A DNA stretch of 50,815 bases, from positions 1-50,815 of the IMG/VR virus record IMGVR_UViG_3300033072_001087. One strand, 5' to 3'. The number at the start of each line of letters is the position of its first letter. The stretch's first letter is position 1. The stretch is from a virus. Its lineage: Duplodnaviria > Heunggongvirae > Uroviricota > Caudoviricetes. This document shows, one piece after another, positions 9,296 to 17,746 of the stretch. The notes below the pieces were generated by a model, which saw nothing but the letters and a program-made list of their open reading frames with translations, was not told the origin of the DNA and did no database searches. Position numbers and translations under genes: made by a program.

Positions 9296-9490
9296 ATGAA
9301 ACTCTTGAAAATCGTATCCGAAGCCGTTGACGTTGTGTTGATGGTTGTGCCGGATGACTATGACGAGGTAGAGGCACTAGAAATCGCGTGTGGTGCTGCG
9401 GATATGCGCGGCGATGTGAGGATCGCGGTCGATTTGGCGATCCCGGATTCGTTTGGCGAAGACATCGAACTACGTCCGTTTGTGGGGTAG
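9296..9490 (+). CDS. hypothetical protein
   Basis: ORF with SD. Confidence 0.6.
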   Translation: MKLLKIVSEAVDVVLMVVPDDYDEVEALEIACGAADMRGDVRIAVDLAIPDSFGEDIELRPFVG

Positions 9491-9874
9491 ATGATGAGCG
9501 GGAAAATTGGACTTATGGGTGCGCTTGGGATGCTCGGCGTAAAAGAAGAGAATGGGCTTCTGCGTATTGGCGTTGCTAAGTTCTGTGTTCAAGGTGGCGG
9601 AATGGTTGAATCGACGCGAGATGACGCGCCAAAGATGAATATCTCAGCGTTCATCGGGGTTATCGTGGATTTCCCTGTGCATCCTGAAAACACGATTGTC
9701 GAAGATGGCAAGGATCGCTATCAACTGTACCACGAGCTGCTTGCGGGTACTTTGTACATTGACTTGCATCGGCGCGACATTGACATCAACGGCAACCTAC
9801 GGGGTCACGGATTAGCTGCTTTGGCGACTGATGGTGGATTACATCATTCCAGCTACGGAAAGCGAGTGAAATAA
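9491..9874 (+). CDS. hypothetical protein
   Basis: Abutting ORF. Confidence 0.6.
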   Translation: MMSGKIGLMGALGMLGVKEENGLLRIGVAKFCVQGGGMVESTRDDAPKMNISAFIGVIVDFPVHPENTIVEDGKDRYQLYHELLAGTLYIDLHRRDIDINGNLRGHGLAALATDGGLHHSSYGKRVK

Positions 9875-9875
9875 C

Positions 9876-10178
9876 GTGGAATTCGACTCGATCGTTGAAC
9901 TGATCGAAGGTGCGGGCTACGATGCGCGCTCGTACAGCGGACGCTTCATGTTTGGCAAAGAATGTCTTGGCGTGACGTGTGATGATCCGATCAGGTTTAT
10001 GTTGGACGTGCTGGTACATGCTCGCGCAGAAGACACGGATGACAATCCCGTATTCGAGGATATTGCAGTCGTGCTAAAGAACTATCGTACCGACGATATG
10101 GGGCGCAGCCAGATCATCTATTTCCCAAGCGTCGAATGGGAAGGCAAAGAATCATCCGATGACGAGAATGAGGAGTAG
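9876..10178 (+). CDS. hypothetical phage protein
   Basis: GTG start; RSYSGRFMFGKECLG. Confidence 0.65.
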   Translation: MEFDSIVELIEGAGYDARSYSGRFMFGKECLGVTCDDPIRFMLDVLVHARAEDTDDNPVFEDIAVVLKNYRTDDMGRSQIIYFPSVEWEGKESSDDENEE

Positions 10179-10181
10179 CTG

Positions 10182-11348
10182 ATGTCACAGCCACCGATCA
10201 TCAAACGCCGTTGGACGCTGACCGCGTTGGATGCGAACAACAACAAGTTTTGGGAGTTTGAGCGCAATTCCGCCACCGGGGCAACCACTGTGGTGTGGGG
10301 TCGGATCGGCACAAAGGGGCAAACCAAGTCGTTTATCTACACCGATTACGAGCTGGAGCGGCGAATCGCTGAAAAAGAGAGCAAGGGTTACAAAGAAGTC
10401 CAGCTGCACGCCGTCTCGTCCATTGCCGTACAGGGTGTCTCGTCGATGCCGCCAGCGGTACAGAAATTTGTCGATCAAGTCTTTCGCGCTGCAAACGAAA
10501 GCATCAACACATATTTGGCAACAACAGTCGATGCGTTGAGTGTTCGGCAGATCAACGCCGGACGCAGGGCGCTAACCGAAGTCGGCGATGTGATGAACGG
10601 AAGGACGACGTTTGTTACCAAGCTGGCTGCGATTGAAGCTTACTACAAAATCATCCCGACCAAATTGCCAGCGAGGCTGCGGGATGATGCTGTTCAAAAA
10701 CAGATGGTCGCCGAGTTTAATCTTGGTGAACAGGAAACACGACTTGATCAGCTTGAGGCCGCGTTGGCGACGCTGACGGTGAGCGGCGCTGTGCCATCGG
10801 CAAACTACGTCGCGCTTGGCGCTGAGATCAGGGAAATTCCGGCATCGCATCCGGCGTATCTTGAGATTGCCGGACGCATCAAGCGTTCCATGCCGGGAGC
10901 GCGTATTAGCGGTGTATTTGCGGTGAAGATACCCGCTGAGCGCGCGGCTTATGAGGCTGAACAATTCGGCGCAAGCAACGTCGCCGCGCTGTATCACGGC
11001 ACGGGCAGCGCGAATGTGCGGCACATCCTCAAGTCGTGCTTGCGTGTACCGCGTTTTCGCGGACACGTCGCCAACGGATCACGCTTGGGCTATGGCATTT
11101 ACTTTTCCGACAAGGCGTCGCGGTCGCATCAGTACACGGGCGGCGCGTATGGCATTCCGTCCATGATGTTTGGCGTCGATGTCAAACTTGGGAGTATCAA
11201 GGTCTACACGGGGCGCGATGAAACGCTGCGCCAAGCGCCGACCGGCTATCACAGCACGCAGGGCGTACTCACGCACAGTGGCTTGGGCGATGAGTTTGTG
11301 GTGTACAAAGAATCACAAGCCACTATTCGTTATGTAGTCACGTTTTAA
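10182..11348 (+). CDS. PARP-like ADP-ribosyltransferase with WGR domain
   Basis: NNNKFW...VWGRIG (WGR), YYKIIP (regulatory helical domain), LYHGT, GYGIYFSD, DEFVVY (H-Y-E triad). Confidence 0.88.
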   Translation: MSQPPIIKRRWTLTALDANNNKFWEFERNSATGATTVVWGRIGTKGQTKSFIYTDYELERRIAEKESKGYKEVQLHAVSSIAVQGVSSMPPAVQKFVDQVFRAANESINTYLATTVDALSVRQINAGRRALTEVGDVMNGRTTFVTKLAAIEAYYKIIPTKLPARLRDDAVQKQMVAEFNLGEQETRLDQLEAALATLTVSGAVPSANYVALGAEIREIPASHPAYLEIAGRIKRSMPGARISGVFAVKIPAERAAYEAEQFGASNVAALYHGTGSANVRHILKSCLRVPRFRGHVANGSRLGYGIYFSDKASRSHQYTGGAYGIPSMMFGVDVKLGSIKVYTGRDETLRQAPTGYHSTQGVLTHSGLGDEFVVYKESQATIRYVVTF

Positions 11349-11358
11349 GGAGAGAGTC

Positions 11359-11817
11359 ATGTCACAACTAGGACGCAGGGTGCCGAATGCCGGTGAACTC
11401 GAAGCCATCGTCTACGCGGAAGTCGAGTCGATGGTCGCAAATTCATTTACGTTCACGGCGTACATGATCACGAAGACGATCCGTGAGCGGAATGCGCAGC
11501 TTGAAATCACTCATGCCGATGTGCAAGAGATCGTGCATGGCTACATGGAAACCAAGTACGATGGCGTGAGTTACGAGTCGGAACAGCGGCTTTGGGATGG
11601 GAATTGGGCGCGGACTTGGTTCCCAAGCATGAATCCCGGCGTCGTAACCGGGAAAGTCGCGGCGGTCGCGGCATTACCTTCCGCTCAACCGCCTACGCCG
11701 GAACCGCCTGCGCCAAAGACAACGCGTAAGCCGAAGACTAATACTCCGCCGAAGACTGCGCCCGGTTTGCCCGCGCCGATCGATCTGTCAGCGTTTGACG
11801 ATGATACCGCAAGCTAA
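11359..11817 (+). CDS. hypothetical protein with Pro/Lys-rich tail
   Basis: AAGGAG SD; directly after the PARP gene. Confidence 0.7.
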   Translation: MSQLGRRVPNAGELEAIVYAEVESMVANSFTFTAYMITKTIRERNAQLEITHADVQEIVHGYMETKYDGVSYESEQRLWDGNWARTWFPSMNPGVVTGKVAAVAALPSAQPPTPEPPAPKTTRKPKTNTPPKTAPGLPAPIDLSAFDDDTAS

Positions 11818-12238
11818 GACATACAGCCACACACTGGAAGGTTGGCTTGCACCGGACGGCATGTTCACGCAATGCTGGTTTGGGCCGGATAATTCGGCTC
11901 TGGATCACACGATGGTTGCGCGGAATATCATCGCAGATCTGTATCCCGACGAATACAACCGCCAGTATTTCACGGCGCAGCGGTTTTTGTTGGAACATGG
12001 ATACTTGCGCCTCGACATTCACAGCATCGGCAAGCAAGGGAGTGGATGGGGCGGTTTAAGTCAGTGGCAGGTATGGGAACTGCACAAGATTTACAATCTC
12101 AAGCCGAAGCGCCGGTTTTTCCCATACACAGTCGTGCGCTTGTTGTTGGTCGCCAATGGCGTTGACTATTTGCGTCAAGGCGGCGACAATGAGATATTGA
12201 GCGGGTGTTATATTTCGGTCGAAGGAGACCTAGCGTGA
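11795..12238 (+). CDS. hypothetical protein
   Basis: ORF overlapping its neighbours. Confidence 0.6.
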   Translation: MTMIPQAKTYSHTLEGWLAPDGMFTQCWFGPDNSALDHTMVARNIIADLYPDEYNRQYFTAQRFLLEHGYLRLDIHSIGKQGSGWGGLSQWQVWELHKIYNLKPKRRFFPYTVVRLLLVANGVDYLRQGGDNEILSGCYISVEGDLA

Positions 12239-12393
12239 TTCTCAAATGCACATGCAAGCACAAGTATCAAGATGAGCGGTATGGCGCTGGGATGCGCGCA
12301 CATACGCCGTGCAAAGATGGGACGCATCGCTGTACCGTCTGCAGCAAACGCCATGACGCCAACGGAGTCGAAGTCATCGGCAAAGGCAAGTAG
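12235..12393 (+). CDS. small Cys/His zinc-binding phage protein
   Basis: GTG after GAAGGAG; CTC.H.YQD.RYG.G.R.H...RCTVC. Confidence 0.65.
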   Translation: MILKCTCKHKYQDERYGAGMRAHTPCKDGTHRCTVCSKRHDANGVEVIGKGK

Positions 12394-12399
12394 CAAAAA

Positions 12400-12472
12400 G
12401 CCCCTGTAGCTCAACGGATAGAGCAAAGACCTTCTAAGTCTGAGGTTACGGGTTCGATTCCTGTCAGGGGCG
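12400..12472 (+). tRNA. tRNA-Arg(TCT)
   Basis: Full cloverleaf; ctTCTaa. Confidence 0.92.
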
Positions 12473-12505
12473 CTGGCACGACCCATATCATAGAGGAGAG
12501 ACAAA

Positions 12506-12703
12506 ATGATTGACGAAACCGCACTACCGTTTGCCGAAGAAGATGAGGAAATCGAAGTCGAAGACATCGTTGAAGACGAGGAATTTGACGACGACGACTT
12601 CGATGACGACGAAGAAGACTACGACGACGACTTCGATGATGACGAGTACGATGACGATGATTATGACGACGACGACTACGAGGATGCCGACGACGATCTG
12701 TAG
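12506..12703 (+). CDS. extremely acidic 65-aa protein
   Basis: GAGGAG SD; Asp/Glu low-complexity sequence. Confidence 0.7.
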   Translation: MIDETALPFAEEDEEIEVEDIVEDEEFDDDDFDDDEEDYDDDFDDDEYDDDDYDDDDYEDADDDL

Positions 12704-12725
12704 TTAACGTCGGCATAACTCACCC

Positions 12726-12754
12726 TTGCAACCCCTTATGCTATGTGATATAAT
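12726..12754 (+). promoter_or_regulatory. sigma70-type promoter
   Basis: TTGCAA-17-TATAAT with TG extension. Confidence 0.7.
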
Positions 12755-12786
12755 AATACCATACACAAGCATAGGGGAGTGTGAGG

Positions 12787-12939
12787 GTGGTTGACTTCAT
12801 TGTTGTCGCGTGTTCAGCCGCGTTTATCGGATTGTTATTCGTGGCGTTGATGTATCTGGCGTTTCGTCTAACAATGTCGCCATCAAATCAGCGCGAGTAC
12901 CGCGATCAGTTTGAGGAACACCGCCGTAACTGGTGGTAA
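12787..12939 (+). CDS. small single-pass membrane protein (not in the ORF track)
   Basis: GTG start; VVDFIVVACSAAFIGLLFVALMYLAFRL...RRNWW. Confidence 0.5.
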   Translation: MVDFIVVACSAAFIGLLFVALMYLAFRLTMSPSNQREYRDQFEEHRRNWW

Positions 12940-12941
12940 AT

Positions 12942-13013
12942 GGGCGACTAGGCTAATCGGGAAACCAATGCCTTTGCACGGCGTTTTTGCGGGTTCAAGT
13001 CCCGCGTCGTCCA
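12942..13013 (+). tRNA. tRNA-Ala(TGC)
   Basis: Cloverleaf with G3:U70; ttTGCac. Confidence 0.88.
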
Positions 13014-13207
13014 CTGCCGCGTTAGCGGCGGGGCGTACACATACACATTGCCAACCGAACGTGTGCGCCCTCTGATTGTATGTAGCAACCGCCAATATCT
13101 GACGGGATTTGGCGCGCGTTACCGTTGCTGGTGAGGGCGTTGCAAACCAGCCGCTTATCGCTCTGCGTCATTCGAGTGACACTGCCGGTTCGACGGAACC
13201 GGCGCAT

Positions 13208-13279
13208 TGCCCATTAACTCAGCGGCAGAGTACGGTGCTGTTAACACCGGAGTGGCAGGTTCGACACCTGCATGGGCAG
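13208..13279 (+). tRNA. tRNA-Asn(GTT)
   Basis: Full cloverleaf; cggtg-ctGTTaa-caccg. Confidence 0.92.
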
Positions 13280-13537
13280 CTAGCCGCAATGTGCGGTGAA
13301 CGGGTAAGGTGTTTCGTGGTTGATCGCCTTATCCGTCTTGCGTGGCGGGGCTGTTTTTTCGCTATGACGACAAAGACAGGGCCGGTTCAACTCCGGCCAC
13401 GCGCTCTTGCCATTCTCCAGTGACAGGCATCCAGCAGCGCCAGTCCAGTGAGTGCAAGTGCCGTCGAAATAGCTGGCGCGTTGTCGAAGACGGTGGCAAA
13501 TGGCGATGTTGGGGCGGAGGCATGAGCCGCTCCACAA

Positions 13538-13610
13538 GCGTTCGTAGCATAGCGGCAAATGCAGTCGCCTTTTAAGCGAATGAGCGTGGGTTCGAGTCCC
13601 ACCGGACGCA
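13538..13610 (+). tRNA. tRNA-Lys(TTT)
   Basis: Cloverleaf; ctTTTaa. Confidence 0.9.
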
Positions 13611-13758
13611 CTGGCGGTTTACACAACGCCGAGTCAAGCCCGTAGACCTTAAACGGGAATTCTACGTATGGCAGCCGCGTGCTGGACGGGGAAAGCCTTT
13701 TGACCGGCTATAGGTCATTGTCTGTGGTGAGGCGCTGAATTACCTCACCACGAAAAAT

Positions 13759-13832
13759 CTAGGCGTGGCGAAGTCTGGTATCGTACCTGCATTGGAAGCA
13801 GGTGATCGTGGGTTCAAATCCCGCCGCCTAGA
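13759..13832 (+). tRNA. tRNA-Pro(TGG)
   Basis: Cloverleaf; cctgc-atTGGaa-gcagg. Confidence 0.9.
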
Positions 13833-13843
13833 CTGCAAGTTAA

Positions 13844-13915
13844 CCCGTGATAGTTTAATGGTAAAACCCGTGACTCCAAATCACGGTGATGGCAGGTCGA
13901 TACTGTCTCACGGGG
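13844..13915 (+). tRNA. tRNA-Trp(CCA)
   Basis: Cloverleaf; ctCCAaa; atypical T-loop GTCGATA. Confidence 0.82.
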
Positions 13916-14073
13916 CATTGTGCGGTCGTCGTGGCGACTGTCTGCACATAGACGCGAAACGACTAGGCATGGTCGCCGGAGACGGGTCGCGCCCGAATCT
14001 GGATGAGCGTCGGCGGTCAAAGCTGGTGCGCGAATCGTAGGTTGCGCACCAGCGATCGTTTACTGAAAAACGA

Positions 14074-14298
14074 ATGGGGTGGGATGTGTACGCAGTTGTG
14101 CGTTTGAATATGGTGAGCGGCAAACAGCGCTACATCAATTTTATCGACATACCAGAAGATGGCACCATGAAAACGGTTGTGGATGCTATCTCGGCTATGA
14201 TCGATGATGGTGGTACATTTGCCTATGAAAAGGATTCCGCCGTTTGTTTGCGGCACGTCGAGTCGTTCAAGGTGTTGAGGCTGGTTAAGAATGTCTAG
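14074..14298 (+). CDS. hypothetical protein
   Basis: ORF. Confidence 0.6.
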   Translation: MGWDVYAVVRLNMVSGKQRYINFIDIPEDGTMKTVVDAISAMIDDGGTFAYEKDSAVCLRHVESFKVLRLVKNV

Positions 14299-14608
14299 CT
14301 ACTACAATGTCTACGAAGAACGGCAAACAATCCCTGTGCGTTGTGAAACGGAGACTGACCTTGTAGATCATATCACAAAGCGTTGTTACGGGAAAGTCGG
14401 CTTTTTAAGTGGAGTGCCGGATCAAGGTTCATTTGAACCCGGTCGGAAGTATAAATTAATGTGTGCTGATAGAGATTTACGATGGCGCGAGTTTACAGTT
14501 GTCTTTGTTGAAGACGAATGCGTTGTTGATGAATCCGGCGTCGAAGTAGAATATGTCGATGATGTAGATACTGATACCGATGATGGCGTTGCGATAGAAT
14601 ACGAATAG
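14291..14608 (+). CDS. hypothetical protein with acidic C-terminus
   Basis: Coupled ORF. Confidence 0.6.
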   Translation: MSSYYNVYEERQTIPVRCETETDLVDHITKRCYGKVGFLSGVPDQGSFEPGRKYKLMCADRDLRWREFTVVFVEDECVVDESGVEVEYVDDVDTDTDDGVAIEYE

Positions 14609-14618
14609 GGGTGGAAGA

Positions 14619-14900
14619 ATGAGCGGTGTGATTACAAGGCAGCAAGCGTTAGCAAACAACGAAATCTACGCGACGGTCGAGTCGGTACTCGCTCGTATGC
14701 ACCAAGAGATCGTGGCGCATTATCGTCCACAAATGGTTCTTCAGCTCGACGACGATACCGGATACACCTATCTTGTCCAAAGCGATCGCGCTGAAATTGA
14801 ACGGCATCTGCGCGATTCTGGCTGGATAACTGAAACGTTTACCGTTGTCGAACAGAAAAACGGCGCGGATTATGTGATTTACCGCATCAGAATTTGGTAG
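14619..14900 (+). CDS. hypothetical protein (Y..xGW family)
   Basis: IERHLRDSGWIT. Confidence 0.65.
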   Translation: MSGVITRQQALANNEIYATVESVLARMHQEIVAHYRPQMVLQLDDDTGYTYLVQSDRAEIERHLRDSGWITETFTVVEQKNGADYVIYRIRIW

Positions 14901-14911
14901 AATACACGAAC

Positions 14912-14983
14912 GCCACAGTAATTCAATGGTAGAATGCGCGCCTTGTAAGCGCGAAGTTGCAGGTTCAAGTCCTGTCTGTGGCT
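14912..14983 (+). tRNA. tRNA-Thr(TGT)
   Basis: Full cloverleaf; cgcgc-ctTGTaa-gcgcg. Confidence 0.92.
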
Positions 14984-15100
14984 ATGGCGACTGTATGCCT
15001 CATTACAGTGCGGAGGGAGCCGGGATCGCGCTAGGGATAGCGCAGCCTTCGCGGATGAATAATGTGTTTACAGGAAGAATCCTACAAAAACCGGCCGCAT

Positions 15101-15188
15101 GGGTAGTTGGCAGAGCGGCGAATGCGACTGTCTTGAAAACAGCAGATCGGCGAGAGTCGGTCCGGGGGTTCGAGTCCCTCACTACCCG
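15101..15188 (+). tRNA. tRNA-Ser(TGA)
   Basis: Cloverleaf with long variable arm; ctTGAaa. Confidence 0.9.
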
Positions 15189-15217
15189 CTGTTTCTTACG
15201 CACATAGGGAGCTTCAC

Positions 15218-15463
15218 ATGAAGGTGTTTTTGGCATTGGTGTTTACGGTAGCGTTGATCGCGGTGATCACGGCGATTGTATTAGTGTTGCTGGTGCTGCT
15301 GGCGTATGTCGCATCGATGATCTGGACGCTGCTCGTGTCTGCGTTATCGCTTCCGGTCGCGCAGGGGGCAGTGATCGTGTTCGCGGCGTTATTGATCGCA
15401 TTTGGCAAGCCGGTCTACAATTTCGTCCGCGATTTTTTGGCTGGCGAAGAGCCGTTGATGTAG
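15218..15463 (+). CDS. membrane protein
   Basis: Two long hydrophobic stretches; GGGAG SD. Confidence 0.7.
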   Translation: MKVFLALVFTVALIAVITAIVLVLLVLLAYVASMIWTLLVSALSLPVAQGAVIVFAALLIAFGKPVYNFVRDFLAGEEPLM

Positions 15464-15537
15464 GTCGGCGTAGCGCAACTGGCAGAGGCAGGTGACTTAA
15501 AATCACCTTAGTGCGGGTTCGAGTCCCGCCGCCGACA
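15464..15537 (+). tRNA. tRNA-Leu(TAA), short variable loop
   Basis: ggtga-ctTAAaa-tcacc; 5-nt variable region. Confidence 0.88.
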
Positions 15538-15548
15538 AGGAGAAACAC

Positions 15549-16949
15549 ATGAGCAAAGATCATCAGATTTTTCAGGGTTTTCTGCGCGGTAGAAACCTCA
15601 CCGACGCCGAGCGCAAAGAGGCGTGGCGCACGCTGAACGACTACGGAATCGTTGTTGCGAAGGGGTACGTCGAGTCGGTGCTGGCGCAGAAGCAGTCGAA
15701 TATCCGCGTAAACAGCGTCCCGAAAGAGTACGCTGTGTATGGCGAAAGCGGAATCGAACCGGGCGCGCTGCAGCAAATGAACAATGCGATGCGGTTGCCG
15801 ATCGCGGTTGCTGGTGCTTTGATGGCGGATGCGCATCAGGGCTACGGGCTACCGATTGGCGGCGTATTGGCAACGGATAACGCGGTTGTTCCGTATGCCA
15901 TTGGCGTCGATATTGCCTGCCGGATGCGTGTTTCGGTGTTTCCGATCGAGCCGGAAGCGCTCAAGCGCGATCAGGCCTTGTTTGAAGAAGCCCTGCTGAA
16001 GAACACCATCTTCGGCGCTGGCGCGGCTGGATTGAATGACGGCACAATCGACCACGCGGTTCTTGATGAGTGGTTGTGGTCGGCGACGCCGCTGTTAAAA
16101 TCGCTTCGTGAGACTGCAATACGTCAGATTGGAACTTCGGGTGGCGGCAACCATTTCGCGGATTTTTGCGACTTGTTCCCGGTCTGGGAAGATAGCTTAG
16201 GCATTCCAGACGGTAAATATGTAGCATTGATGACGCACAGCGGTTCGCGCGGTGTTGGCTTCAAGATCGCCAATACCTATACCGAAATCGCCAAGAAACG
16301 CTGTGTAGGACTGCCAAAAGAAATGGAGAATCTGGCGTGGCTTGACATGGACAATGAAGAGGGGCAAGAGTATTGGTACGCCATGAACCTTGCCGGGTTG
16401 TTCGCCGCAGCCAATCATCAGATCATCCACGACCGGATCGCGGCGGCATTGGGTGTTGAGCCAATTCTAAAGATTGAGAATCATCACAATTTCGCGTGGA
16501 GCGAAAATGTTGTGGTAGACGGGGAATCGAAGTCGTGTATTGTACATCGTAAGGGCGCGACTCCGGCTGGAGTGGGAGTGCGCGGCGTGATTCCCGGTTC
16601 GATGGGGGATGTTGGCTACCTTGTGCAAGGGCGCGGCAATGACGAGTCGCTCAATTCAGCGCCACACGGAGCGGGGCGGATGATGAGCCGCACGCAAGCC
16701 ATCAAGACGATCGCGCAAGTAGATACTGATGAATATCTACGCATTCAAGGCGTCTTGAAGGTTATAGGTGGCGGTAAAGACGAGTCGCCGTTTGCGTACA
16801 AGGAAATTGGCAAAGTCATGCGCGCCTCTGAAGATCTGGTCGATAAAATCGGGGTTCTGTATCCGCGTATCGTTAGGATGGCGGATGATACGCTGTCAGC
16901 GCCAAGAGACGAATCGGTTAAGGGGATTGTCCTAGACGAAGGATCGTAG
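15549..16949 (+). CDS. rtcB: RtcB RNA 2',3'-cyclic-phosphate/5'-OH ligase
   Basis: MADAHQGYGLPIGG, GVDIAC, GTSGGGNHF, HSGSRG, HHNFA, HRKGAT, IPGSMG, SAPHGAGR, DESPFAYK. Confidence 0.95.
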   Translation: MSKDHQIFQGFLRGRNLTDAERKEAWRTLNDYGIVVAKGYVESVLAQKQSNIRVNSVPKEYAVYGESGIEPGALQQMNNAMRLPIAVAGALMADAHQGYGLPIGGVLATDNAVVPYAIGVDIACRMRVSVFPIEPEALKRDQALFEEALLKNTIFGAGAAGLNDGTIDHAVLDEWLWSATPLLKSLRETAIRQIGTSGGGNHFADFCDLFPVWEDSLGIPDGKYVALMTHSGSRGVGFKIANTYTEIAKKRCVGLPKEMENLAWLDMDNEEGQEYWYAMNLAGLFAAANHQIIHDRIAAALGVEPILKIENHHNFAWSENVVVDGESKSCIVHRKGATPAGVGVRGVIPGSMGDVGYLVQGRGNDESLNSAPHGAGRMMSRTQAIKTIAQVDTDEYLRIQGVLKVIGGGKDESPFAYKEIGKVMRASEDLVDKIGVLYPRIVRMADDTLSAPRDESVKGIVLDEGS

Positions 16950-16965
16950 TTGGCGATATTCAGCC

Positions 16966-16994
16966 TTGTTTCCGATTGCGTCATGTGATATAAT
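16966..16994 (+). promoter_or_regulatory. sigma70-type promoter
   Basis: TTGTTT-17-TATAAT with TG extension. Confidence 0.65.
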
Positions 16995-17006
16995 GACTAG
17001 TGTAAT

Positions 17007-17081
17007 GGGGGTGTAGCCCAAGTGGCACGAGGCGTTCCGCTCAAACCGGAATTGATGCTGGTTCGACTCCAGCCATCCCCA
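17007..17081 (+). tRNA. tRNA-Leu(CAA), short variable loop
   Basis: ttccg-ctCAAac-cggaa. Confidence 0.88.
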
Positions 17082-17298
17082 ATGTCGCTAAACCGCGCAG
17101 AACTTAGAGGCGGCGAAATTAAAGCGGGGCTTAGGGGTGCCGTACTCCGCAGTGACAGAAATAAAATGGCACTCGGCGAGATTAGTGTATATATTCAGTG
17201 ATTCCGCAGAAATGCGGCAACCGTATCATGGGTTCGAGTCCCATACCGCCCGCACGGGTGGTGCGTCTGGTCGGATAAAACGCGGATACACTAATCAT

Positions 17299-17373
17299 CC
17301 CGGCGTAGCCCAATTGGCAAGAGGCGGTAGTCTTAGGCACTACGCGGTGTAGGTTCGAATCCTATCGCCGGGA
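17299..17373 (+). tRNA. tRNA-Leu(TAG), short variable loop
   Basis: gtagt-ctTAGgc-actac. Confidence 0.88.
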
Positions 17374-17399
17374 CAGACAATAAGTAATAGGGTGGTGAT

Positions 17400-17744
17400 A
17401 TGGCGGTAGTTTGCATACACAAAATAGGCGACTCCTATTACCTGCGCATGGCGCGGATCGAAGACGGGTATGTCATACAGGGTTATGGGGGCACTGCGAA
17501 AATCGCCGCCAAGTATTATATGGGCGGCAGCAGTGAGTGTCTTGATCTTGGCAGGCTTTTGCATTTAGGGCTTATGTCGCCCAGTCTTGTCGAAGTGAAT
17601 GACGCGGACGATCTGTTGCGTTATGTGGATGGCGCTCCGAAAGTAACACTTCACAACAACGGCATAGAGTTTGGAGTACCATTGGTCAAGCTAAATAGCG
17701 ATGGCGAAAGCCTGTGGCTAATGGGCGAAAAACCAAAGAACTAG
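17400..17744 (+). CDS. hypothetical protein
   Basis: ORF. Confidence 0.55.
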   Translation: MAVVCIHKIGDSYYLRMARIEDGYVIQGYGGTAKIAAKYYMGGSSECLDLGRLLHLGLMSPSLVEVNDADDLLRYVDGAPKVTLHNNGIEFGVPLVKLNSDGESLWLMGEKPKN

Positions 17745-17746
17745 GC

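Noticed and set aside
12590-12700. GAC/GAT repeats as a DNA repeat element
   Set aside because: Explained by poly-Asp coding in 12506..12703.
13100-13207. Possible tRNA-Cys or tRNA-Sec (ttgcaaa loop, T-like hairpins)
   Set aside because: No consistent acceptor or anticodon stems could be built.
12883-14256. Numerous short ORFs across the tRNA cluster
   Set aside because: They overlap clear tRNA genes on either strand and read as translated structured RNA.
17108-17252. tmRNA
   Set aside because: Too short, with no GGGG 5' end, no G3:U70 pair and no convincing tag ending in hydrophobic Ala-rich residues.
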